Shown: piece after piece, positions 1 to 9,049 of the stretch
How positions within the stretch are numbered: position 1 is the stretch's first letter
Layout of the letters: every line of letters starts with the position of its first letter
Assembly (NCBI GenBank): GCA_002269645.1
Contig: NIVC01001351.1
Coordinates: 1-31,656, forward strand
Length of the DNA: 31,656 nucleotides
Direction of reading: 5' to 3'
DNA from: Macrostomum lignano
Taxonomy: Eukaryota
Notes under the pieces: generated by a model
Seen by the model: only the letters and a program-made list of their open reading frames with translations
The model's database searches: none
Told to the model about the DNA's origin: nothing
Made by a program: the position numbers and the translations under genes

Positions 1-364
1 AGGAAACCAACCAGCTTCCAGGAAACCAACCCAGCTCCAGGAAACCAACCCAGCTTCCAGGAAACAACCAGCTTCAGGAAACCAACCCAGCTTCCAGGAA
101 ACCAACCCAGCTTCCAGGAAACCAACCCAGCTCCAGGAAACCAACCCAGCTTCCAGAAACCAACCCAGCTCCAGGAAACCAACCCAGCCTCAGGAAACCA
201 ACCCAGCTCCCAGGAAACCAACCCAGCTTCCAGGAAACCAACCCAGCTCCAGGAAACCAACCCAGCTCCCAGAAACCAACCCACTTCCAGGAAACCAACC
301 CAGCTTCCAGGAAACCAACCCAGCTTCCAGGAACAACCCAGCTTCCAGGAAACCAACCCAGCTT
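1..364. repeat. 19-20 bp minisatellite (AGGAAACCAACCCAGCTTCC)n, running off the window start
   Basis: About 18 tandem units read directly; ORF 74..397 is its repeat translation. Confidence 0.95.
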
Positions 365-520
365 CGATAACACCTGCCCTAATGGGCAGGAGTGCACCGA
401 CAGCTCAGCCGCGAGCTATTGCGCGGCGCATTGAAGGCTGCATACGGCTGTTCAGTCCAAGGACTGGAGGTTGCCACACAACCTCAATTACCCCAGCTAA
501 TGCTCACCCATTTTACAGCT
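365..520 (-). mobile_element. 3' half of a tRNA-derived CORE-like SINE
   Basis: Minus strand begins AGCTGTAAAATGGG, resembling the CORE end CATCTGTAAAATGGG; terminal hairpin CCTGCCC-TAAT-GGGCAGG at 373-390. Confidence 0.55.
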
Positions 521-664
521 ATGGCGATTTTAAGGCAGTTGTAGCCTAGAGGTTAGACGTCGCTCTCACGATTGAAATGTCGGGGTTCGATTCTGGACCC
601 ACTCCGAATAATTTGTATCCTTGAGCAAGACGCTTAACTCTGCATTGCTACAGTTCACCCAGCT
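521..664 (+). mobile_element. 5' half of a tRNA-derived SINE (Pol III head plus CORE-like start), inverted relative to its 3' half
   Basis: A box TAGCCTAGAGG 542-552, B box GGTTCGATTC 584-593, then TGTATCCTTGAGCAAGACGCTTAAC resembling CORE TGTGACCTTGGGCAAGTCACTTAAC; ends CACCCAGCT. Confidence 0.7.
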
Positions 665-1296
665 AACAGTTAAAACAGCTCTGCCAAGCGGAGTTCTATA
701 GAATACAAATGCGCAGGCACAGGCAGTAACAATGTCATTCCAATGAACATTCCGCTGACCTACAGTTAATTACCTGGGCTGAGGCAGCACTAGCAGAATT
801 TACCAGACGGCTAGGAAATAGAGGGTATGTAAAGAAATAGTTTTTTTGCGCAGACTATAGGTATCTGTGAGACGTTCTCCTAACTATTCTAGTGCTTTTG
901 AAGCTGCAACACGTGCTGTAGCTGTGCGTTATACTCAAATTAGTCTTAAGTAGCCAAACAAGGTGCAAGAGAGGACCAAAAACAAAATGGAGACGTTGGC
1001 GACAGACAATGCGAGAGTCGCAAAAGCTTTCGACAAAGTCTGTACTGAGGCCACACAATAGAAGGTCTTATACAAAGGTCGGAAAACAGACCATTGAAGC
1101 TGCTGGCTATGGTATTTGAGTGCTACCTATATCTGAGCCAAGCAAATGTGCCCTGCTTCTGTCAGCTATTCTTTAAAACTAAAATTTCAATACTGACCAT
1201 GGCATAATTATTGGCTACACAAAACCTAAGGCCTTTTGCTGGTGACCAGTTTTGGCTCACCCGAGTGTTTTAATTAAGCGAGAGAAAAGGTTGTTT

Positions 1297-1606
1297 GACG
1301 AAGGTAGCTGGACGAAGGTTACTTGACGAAGGTAGCTGGACAAAGGTAGCTGGACGAAAGTTACTTGACGAAGATAGCTGGACGAAAGTTACTTGACGAA
1401 GGTAGCTGGACAAAGGTAGCTGGACGAAAGTTACTTGACGAAGGTAGCTGGACGAAAGTTACTTGACGAAGGTAGCTGGACAAAGGTAGCTGGACGAAAG
1501 TTACTTGACGAAGGTAGCTGGACGAAAGTTACTTGACGAAGATAGCTGGACGAAAGTTACTTGACGAAGGTAGCTGGATGAATGTTGTTAACTGGATGAA
1601 GGTTAT
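1297..1606. repeat. 14-bp minisatellite (GACGAAGGTAGCTG / GACGAAAGTTACTT) with a 70-bp higher-order unit
   Basis: 20 units of 14 bp at 1297-1576 plus a degenerate tail; further degenerate units at about 1890-1945. Confidence 0.95.
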
Positions 1607-1989
1607 TTTAAAAGTCTGAGTCGATGATTGGAATAGCCCGATCGGAGTTAGGACAGAGGTACCCGGGGAGTGAGAGGGCAAAGGAGGCGAAATCTGTGCG
1701 GATGCGGAGATGGGACGGCGGGTGGTTGAAAAGCGCCTGACAAGAATGGCAGGTGACAACAGACCGAATGCACCTTCGCCGCGATCCTGCCTGCCAGATT
1801 ACTGGCAAGAGCTGCTCATCGACTCCCTCAGGGTTCCCCACGGATCAGACCCTGCCAGCCCCTCTGGTCCCCCTGGGCCTGGTTGGCAGAAGAAGGTCTG
1901 GACAAAGGTTTGCATACGAAGGTCGCTAGTTGAAGGTTCTTGAACATGGAGCACGAAAGCAAAACCCAACCTCACATAGTCTTGAAGAC

Positions 1990-3170
1990 AAAGAACGCTA
2001 ATTCATGCTGCTATCGTTTTCGCGGCTGAGCAGAACGGGTTCCGGCCCCATCGCGGCACATTGGCGCAGATCCTGGCTCTTCGCCGAGTCATCGTGGAAG
2101 CGCAGGCCCAGAGCCTGATTGCTCTCTTTATTGACTTCAGGAGGGCCGAGCTCCCAATGGTGCTCCGTGCGTACAATGTGCCAGAGCAGCTGATTTCCGC
2201 CGTCATGGCGCTGTACCATGGCACGAGCGCTGCTGTGCTGACACCGGACGGCCTGTCGAATTTCTTTGAGACATCTTCTGGGTTGCTTCAGGAAGTTACG
2301 CTTGCGCCGCTCCTGTTCGTCCTGGTGCTGGACTGGGTGGATCGCTCTTTCTTCTAGCGACGACGGCTTTCTTCTGCAGCGACGCGTGGGTCGACACGTG
2401 GGCGGCTCAGCGTGCTTGGCTACGTCAAGGCGCCGAGGGCGCCGAGCACCAGCTGGACCGGCTGTTAAGCTTTGCGGCGAGCGTCGGCCTGGTGGTCAAC
2501 ACGCAGAAGACTGCCGTGCTCTGCATGCTGGACGACATCGAGGCTGCGATTTTCTTCCGAGGCGCTGACGGGAGGGCGACGAAGCTTCCGCTCTGTCAGC
2601 AGTTCGTCTACCTCGGCATCTGGTGTGAGTTGTTCGCGAGGATCTCCGACGTTGCCGTGGACTTGCCTGGGCTGCCTTCCGCTCCGTGAGGGTTTTCCTG
2701 CAATCAGAAGCCCTGCCTGACCGCCAGAGGGCGGCGCTGTTCCAGGCGGTGGTCGAGACTGTCCTGTTGTACGGACAGTCTACGGACAGTCCTGAGACTT
2801 GGACGCTGACAGATTCGCTTGAACAGCAGGTCGATGCGGCGCACGCTGGTCTGCTGCGCGCCGCCTTCAGGATCGGCTACGAGCGAGTCACCAATGCAAT
2901 GCGGCACTCCATCGCCGCACCGGCCTGTCCCGTACAAGCAAACTGTTGCGCCGTCGGCAACTCCAGCTGGGAGGCCATATTATCCGAGCCAAGTCCTACT
3001 GCCCGCAACCGGTGCAGGAGGTTCTGCTGCTGACGCTGCAGACACTACCGGCGGGGGCAGGCGCTCACTCGGTGTTTCGTTGACACCGCCTGCTGGCTGA
3101 TTCCCTCGTCCTGGACACGCGCCCTGTGACGTTGTCTTTGCCTCTCTCGACCCGCTTAACTGGCTGACAA
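1990..3170 (+). mobile_element. 5'-truncated, frameshifted non-LTR retrotransposon (RTE-like) reverse transcriptase remnant
   Basis: Motifs QNGFRP..GTLAQILALRR, FIDF, GLLQEVTLAPLLFVLVLDW, LVVNTQKT, FVYLG and ETVLLYG..ETWTL are spread over ORFs 2061, 2492 and 2686 in different frames; the YADD motif is lost. Confidence 0.85.
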
Positions 3171-3707
3171 CGAATTTTTGTTGTTGCAGCACAGAAAGAA
3201 AACAATGGGCCAAGCAGAAATGGAAAACCTGCTTTTTGGGGCTGGGGGCGGCCAATATTGCTGAGAATACAGCTAAATCTGACAAAAAGAATTATGGCTT
3301 GCTTTCTCTCTCCCTATAGAGCACCTGCAGTAAACAAAGCGCTTGACCGGAATACGGTTGAGTTTATTATCAAGTATTTGGCACACTGGGGGGGGGTTCT
3401 GCTGCTGAGTTGAATGACATTTTTCGAGTATGAGATAAGAGTCTCATAAAAAGGGAAGAGCTGAGACTGCAGGATAGCAATAAAAATTTGAGAAAGAAGT
3501 TTACTGCATTATACGAAAAACAGCATTCGTTTCATTTTGGAGTTTTTTTAAACTGGACAATTAAACAAAACCATAAACAAGCAGTTTATTATGAGCAGGA
3601 AAGACAGCCCCTAGTTTTCACTATAACTATTTTCGTGCCTCAAAGAACAATTGCTGAGTCGTGCAGCTAATTGAGCAGCAATTCATGGCTCATCCGGTAC
3701 TCTAACT

Positions 3708-4537
3708 CAAGGGCCGGCAAATTTTTTTACCGAAAAAAACCGGACTAGATAAATATCCCAGCTCGTAGCTGCTGGTCAAATGCGAAACAGAGGGCGAGGG
3801 AATAGAAGGTGAGAAAGGAGAGGAGGGAGAGAGGAGAGGAGGGAGAGAGGAGAGGAGGGAGAGAGGAGAGGAGGGAGAGAGGAGAGGAGGGAGAGAGGAG
3901 AGGAGGAGAGAGGAGAGGAGGGAGAGAGGAGAGGAAGGAGAGAGGAGAGGAGGGAGAGAGGAGAGGAGGGAGAGAGGAGAGGAGGGAGAGAGGAGAGGAG
4001 GGAGAGAGGAGAGGAGGGAGAGAGGAGGAGGAGGAGAGGAGGAGAGAGGAGAGGAGGGAGAGAGGAGAGGAGGGAGAGAGGAGAGGAGGGAGAGAGGAGA
4101 GGAGGGAGAGAGGAGAGGAAGGAGAGAGGACAGGAGGGAGAGAGGAGAGGAGGGAGAGAGGAGAGGAGGGAGAGAGGAGAGGAGGGAGAGAGGAGAGGAG
4201 GGAGAGAGGAGAGGAGGGAGAGAGGAGAGGAGGGAGAGAGGAGAGGAGGGAGAGAGGACAGGAGGAGGAGAGGAGGGAGAGAGAGGAGAGGAGGGAGAGA
4301 GGAGAGGAGGGAGAGAGGAGAGGAGGGAGAGAGGAGAGGAGGGAGAGAGGAGAGGAGGGAGAGAGGAGAGGAGGGAGAGAGGACAGGAGGGAGAGAGGAG
4401 AGGAGGGAGAGAGGAGAGGAGGGAGAGAGGAGAGGAGGGAGAGAGGAGAGGAGGGAGAGAGGAGAGGAGGGAGAGAGGAGAGGAGGGAGAGAGGAGAGGT
4501 GAGAGATGCTTCACCGGCCGGGGTTTGCCGATCCCTG
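3708..4537. mobile_element. hAT (Charlie-like) non-autonomous element enclosing the GA minisatellite
   Basis: TIRs CAAGGGCCGGCAAAT and CAGGGATCGGCAAAC (reverse complement of right end), 11/15 match; 8-bp flanks CTCTAACT and GTCCAACT, 6/8 match; right end GGCCGGGGTTTGCCGATCCCTG resembles Charlie ends. Confidence 0.65.
3811..4505. repeat. 16-bp polypurine minisatellite (GGAGAGAGGAGAGGAG)n
   Basis: About 43 units, almost purely A/G on the plus strand. Confidence 0.95.
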
Positions 4538-5397
4538 GTCCAACTATTGATAATTGGGCTAAGGAGACCAAGGACCAAGAGATAAACCAAACTGTCCGAT
4601 GGCTAGGTTGAGCATTAACTTTTTATGAGACTCAATATCTGGAATTTTTGCCGACCTGTTGGGAATTTTCAAATCTAAAACTCGCTTGCTTTTTACTGTG
4701 CTGCAGACAAAACGAGATGAAGAGGCAAGTAAACTGCACTCAGCCAGAGGGTGAGCTCGTAAACCGAGGTGGTTCAGAGAGTGGGGCGATGACTGACAAT
4801 TGTACTCTTACTAAACTGATAGAGAATTTTGAGTGTTTGGAGAGCTCTCGGCTTCAGTTCGTAGGCTTTCTGTTCACGACAAAAAAACTGCTGAGTGGGC
4901 TGTAGAGTTCGAACTAATTACAGTGCTTGTAAAAGTGCATTAGAAACTGAGAAAGCTTGTGACTGATTTATTAATAGAAAAATCTGTTCGAATTTGAAGA
5001 GGACTTTTATTTTAGACAAGAATTATTACTTCTTGCTTTTGAATAAAAACTTTTTTACTGATTTGAACAAGAAATAGAAGTAAGTTATAGGATAAACGTT
5101 TGAGGATCCGAATCAACAAACAATTCTGTACGAGTGTAGTTAGTCCTAGTTGGCTACGAGTGCCAAACTCCCAAGCGTTGCTCTACCTGGATGAGTAAAA
5201 AAATCGTACAGAAAAGAAACAGTAAACACAGCAAATTAGAATTAATTTAGTATAAAAAATAGATTCATAATTAGTAAGGAAATAAACACAAACTAAACTA
5301 CAAAGACAGCGCTGTTTATAGTGTTAGCTAATTGTGTTAGCAACCGTTTTAACAGAGTCAATAAAGAACGTCCATCAGGTGTCCATTAAAACCTTTT

Positions 5398-6429
5398 TCA
5401 AACGGCCGCCCTAGCAACGGTCATAGCAACGGCGAGGCTCAGCCCGACACTGTTCAGCTTGTCGGCTCGAAGCCAGGAGGCGCCTCTGGGCAGGCCGGGC
5501 GTGCTGCCGGAGTTGAAGGACCGAACCACGATTCGGCGAGCGCCGAACGGGCTGGTGGGGTTCAGCGGCACCGGCGGCCGGAAGTTGCTGATCATGGCGC
5601 TGCCGTCCGGGTACTTCAGGCTGCGCAGGGTTGCCAGCACGGACGGGGGCACACGCTGGGCCTGCCGGTAGACGGTCCACATGACGTTCTGGCGACAGTC
5701 AGGCGTGGTGAGCGAGCCGCCGTACAGGTAGTACTGCGACCGGTCAGCGGGCACGAGGTCTCCGAGGGGAAAGGCGTCCATGTCAACCTTGGGCGGCTCG
5801 AAGGTCTCGTTGGCGCAGCCGGCGCAGCGCTGCAGCCGCGGGTCCGAGGCCACCAGGCTGATCATGTTGGCCAGCGGCCCGCTGTAGGTCGTCACCGAGC
5901 TGTCCGGCTCGTACAGGATGCCCAACACGGCCAGACCGCTGAAGCTGTTGGCGGCGTCTTCGAATTTCGAATAGAACTGGCAGTTCCACATGACAACGTG
6001 GCCTTCCAGAGGGTAGTGCCGGCCCTCCATCCAGTGCTCGGAGCCGTGCGAGTCGTCCGCGCCCCAGTGCCAGTGAATTGAGTGCGGCCGGAAACAGCTG
6101 TTCGGGTGTCCGGGCACAGTGACGTTCATCATAGCCGAGGAAAAGAAGATGCTGACTTTGTGGCCATCGTTGTACACTTTGAACTTTCTGCCGGGCGTGT
6201 TGTCCTCCACAATGGAATAGGGCGGCAGGTCGGTGTCGTACCGGGCCTCGCTGTAAATCAGCTTGATTGGGGATTGGGCTCTTCCGCCGCACCACTTCTT
6301 GAAGGCGGACGGCCACTCCGATGGGTCATTGGACACGTAGTCCCAATCGGTTGGGGCAGATTTGCCCCCTGGGAGCTGGACCAGCAGCAGCAGGCCTAGA
6401 AGACCAGTGAACTTCATTAGCATACTCAT
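5398..6429 (-). CDS. Alpha-carbonic anhydrase, intronless, with signal peptide and possible GPI-anchor tail (343 aa)
   Basis: WDY, CGGRAQSPI, DGH (His64-like), HWHWG..GSEH and EGH (three Zn His plus Glu106), GLAVLG, YGGSLTTPDC, NFRP; hydrophobic N-terminus and moderately hydrophobic C-terminus. Confidence 0.95.
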   Translation of the reverse strand: MSMLMKFTGLLGLLLLVQLPGGKSAPTDWDYVSNDPSEWPSAFKKWCGGRAQSPIKLIYSEARYDTDLPPYSIVEDNTPGRKFKVYNDGHKVSIFFSSAMMNVTVPGHPNSCFRPHSIHWHWGADDSHGSEHWMEGRHYPLEGHVVMWNCQFYSKFEDAANSFSGLAVLGILYEPDSSVTTYSGPLANMISLVASDPRLQRCAGCANETFEPPKVDMDAFPLGDLVPADRSQYYLYGGSLTTPDCRQNVMWTVYRQAQRVPPSVLATLRSLKYPDGSAMISNFRPPVPLNPTSPFGARRIVVRSFNSGSTPGLPRGASWLRADKLNSVGLSLAVAMTVARAAV

Positions 6430-6505
6430 TATGTCAGACTGAGTCGGTAACTAATTACTTGCAATTACTATCGACAATTAGAGAGCTTTCGTCTTAGCAA
6501 CCTCG

Positions 6506-6513
6506 TATTTATA
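6506..6513 (-). promoter_or_regulatory. TATA box of the carbonic anhydrase gene
   Basis: TATAAATA on the minus strand about 77 bp upstream of the ATG at 6429. Confidence 0.6.
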
Positions 6514-6607
6514 GCTAATTTAGCAGTGAGCGCGGGCCCCTCGCCTCCTATGTTGACAAATTAGCTTCAGTAGAATTGCGTCTTCAGTAGGTTTGGCGAC
6601 TCCAGCT

Positions 6608-6613
6608 GAGAGA

Positions 6614-6661
<48 letters not shown>
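6608..6661. repeat. (GA)n microsatellite
   Basis: About 27 GA units with one interruption. Confidence 0.95.
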
Positions 6662-6665
<4 letters not shown>

Positions 6666-7271
6666 GCCATATTTAACGACGCAAATACGATTATAGCCAG
6701 GTGTTAGGAGAGGCGAGCAATGCTGCCTAGAAACAATCCGAAACTCGCAATCTCCCCCCCTCCCTCCCAAACCTCTCAAGTCTCCTGCCATCTCAATCTC
6801 GCTGATGGTAAACAACATCACGCGAACGCAATAAAAGTGCAGCAGAGACCATCTTCTTGTCTTCTCAAGTCATAGGCTACGAGCGTATATCTTCGTTCAA
6901 ACTAAGTGCCTCCTTAATTCTTCGTTTTTTGTTGAACGGGGGTTGCCTTGTGCAAGCTTACCTACTCCAAAGCACTGCCTATGGAATTTTTTCAGCATGT
7001 CGCGCTCACTCAAAGCAATGAAGAGGGTGAGTTTGCGTGCTGTAAGTAAAAGCAATTTAGGCTCTTACACACAGAACGCATTACCTAGTGAATCGAAACC
7101 TGCTCAAAATAGCAACTGAAACTCCAACAAAACTTTTTGTAGATGACGAGTGACAGAGAGTCTGCAGTCTTGCTTCATCAAACTACAAGAAGCAAACAGA
7201 ATCTTTCTCTATGTTATTGACAAACTGCATAATAATGAACTACTGAAGTAATAGAAACTTGTACAATTTTT

Positions 7272-7710
7272 GATGGACGAAGGTTACTGGATAGACGAAG
7301 GTTACTGGATGGACGAAGGTTACTGGATGGACGAAGGTTACTGGATGGACGAAGGTTACTGGATGGACGAAGGTTACTGGATGGACGAAGGTTACTGGAT
7401 GGACGAAGGTTACTGGATGGACGAAGGTTACTGGATGGACGAAGGTTACTGGATGGACGAAGGTTACTGGATGGACGAAGGTTACTGGATGGACGAAGGT
7501 TACTGGATTGATGAAGGTTACTGGATGGACGAAGGTTACTGAATTGACGAAGGTTACTGAATTTACGAAGGTTACTGGATGGACGAAGGTTACCGGATGG
7601 ACGAAGGTTACTGGATGGACGAAGGTTACTGAATTGACGAAGGTTACTGAATGGACGAAGATAAATGTATCAGGATGAAGGTAGCTGGACCAAGGTTTCT
7701 AGACGAAGGC
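7272..7710. repeat. 18-bp minisatellite (GATGGACGAAGGTTACTG)n
   Basis: About 21 units plus a degenerate tail; gives the MDEGYW repeat ORF 7270..7542. Confidence 0.95.
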
Positions 7711-8017
7711 CCTTTACACGGCTGCTGCTGTGTCGCGCCGGGACATCCGGTGGTTGCCGGTGTCCGCAGCGCGGTCCCCCTTTGGAGAGTCCAGGACGTG
7801 AATAAGTCGCTCGTCCGAAAGTCCTCAGGTACATGTGTAGCTAACAGAAATTCTAGGGGCCTGAAAACGTCGGAAAATTAGCCCGGGTTTGGGACGAGCT
7901 AGGTGAGCCTGTCCTGATCGCAAAGGATTTTATGGTGGGGAACAAAGACAAGAATTCTAAAAGTACATGTATGTGACTGAATTCCTTCGTGTACATCATT
8001 CTGTTGACAGTGTTGTC

Positions 8018-8220
8018 ACACTCATTTTGGTGCCGCAGGCACTCATTTTGGCGCGACAGGCACTCATTTTGGCGCGACAGGCACTCATTTTGGCGCCACA
8101 GGCACTTATTTTGGCACCATAAGCACTCATTTTGGCGCCACAGGCACTCATTTTGGCACCATAAGCACTCATTTTGGAGTCATTTTGGTGCCGCAGACAC
8201 TCATTTTGGCGCCGCAGGTG
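8018..8220. repeat. 21-bp minisatellite (GCACTCATTTTGGCGCCGCAG)n, same family as the 27.8-29.5 kb array but in opposite orientation
   Basis: About 9 units; the reverse complement shares CCAAAATGAGTGCCTG with the larger array. Confidence 0.9.
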
Positions 8221-8361
8221 CTAGGCTTTGTCGCCCTGAAGCAAAATTATTGTATTTCCACAAGATCACAACGCCACAAGGTGGGGTGGGACGAAGCATT
8301 GGCATGTCCATAGCGTTTACTGGGGGGGGACATGCCCCCCCCCCAGTGGCGACGCCCCCTG
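8221..8361 (-). mobile_element. Single hAT-like end (CAGGGGGCGTCGCCACTGG) adjoining the 21-mer array
   Basis: The reverse complement of 8343-8361 resembles hAT TIR starts; subterminal G-run/C-run hairpin like the element at 27724; partner end not found. Confidence 0.4.
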
Positions 8362-9049
8362 ATGCCCCGCATCCTTAACACCACGCTTCGAGGCAGAATG
8401 GCCATTCCGCACTACGGATTTTCCCTGGGAGGTGACGATGTGCTAAATTATATATAAATAAAAATTAGTGTTCGTCTAACTCGAAATAAAAGAAATATTT
8501 TATTAGAAATAGGTTCTCTGTGCGCTTTGAGTTACCCCATACTTTGCATTACAAACTGTTACTTAATTCGAAATTATTTTAGATTTCAACCACTTTTGTG
8601 GGTTTTTGTAACAGTTTAGTGTAATGTCCGCGTAAAATAATTATTCAAGCGTGGTAGACTAGTATTAGTAGACTGCACGTACATGCAAATACACATGTTT
8701 TTTGTTGAAGAATATCGTTTTCAGCCTTCTAGATAGAACGATTACATTCAGAACAACAACATACTGTCATATATTAGGCAACTCCCTGCCCGCACATGAT
8801 GCTTCCCAAATATTCCCGAAATATAGAAGTTCCTTTGAAAGTATCCATAAATACTCGTAGAAGGCATCCAGCATTGTCTTCACTCGAGCCTGGCTTTTGC
8901 ATACGGGAAACTGTCAGACAAAAGCGAACCAAAAAACAACCGTCTTTTTACGCATCATTTACTGTATTTAATATCGCTACGAGAATTCGTGGATATCAAG
9001 GAACAGTAGTTATTAATACTTCTAGATACGCCTACAGAAGGAATGACTT

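Larger units (their letters stand above)
3439..4633. mobile_element. Possible TIR element bounded by a perfect 15-bp inverted repeat
   Basis: GAGTCTCATAAAAAG 3439-3453 versus CTTTTTATGAGACTC 4619-4633; no clean TSD (ATAA versus AATA). Confidence 0.35.

Noticed and set aside
533-605. tRNA gene
   Set aside because: A and B boxes are present, but there is no convincing cloverleaf or acceptor stem and it continues into CORE-like SINE sequence
1020-1040. AKAFDKV reverse-transcriptase motif on the plus strand
   Set aside because: Isolated 7-aa match with stops nearby and no other RT motif; possibly a LINE crumb but unsupported
1297-1606. CRISPR-like appearance of the short arrays (also 7272 and 31050)
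   Set aside because: Head-to-tail units with no unique spacers, no cas genes, eukaryotic context
3702-4590. Ser/Leu/Pro-rich and Glu/Arg/Gly-rich ORFs
   Set aside because: 16-bp purine array translated in several frames
5411-6399. Alternate ORFs overlapping the carbonic anhydrase
   Set aside because: Expected in GC-rich coding DNA; no recognisable domains
7270-7542. (MDEGYW)n ORF
   Set aside because: 18-bp array related to a 14-bp non-triplet array, so the period is not constrained by coding
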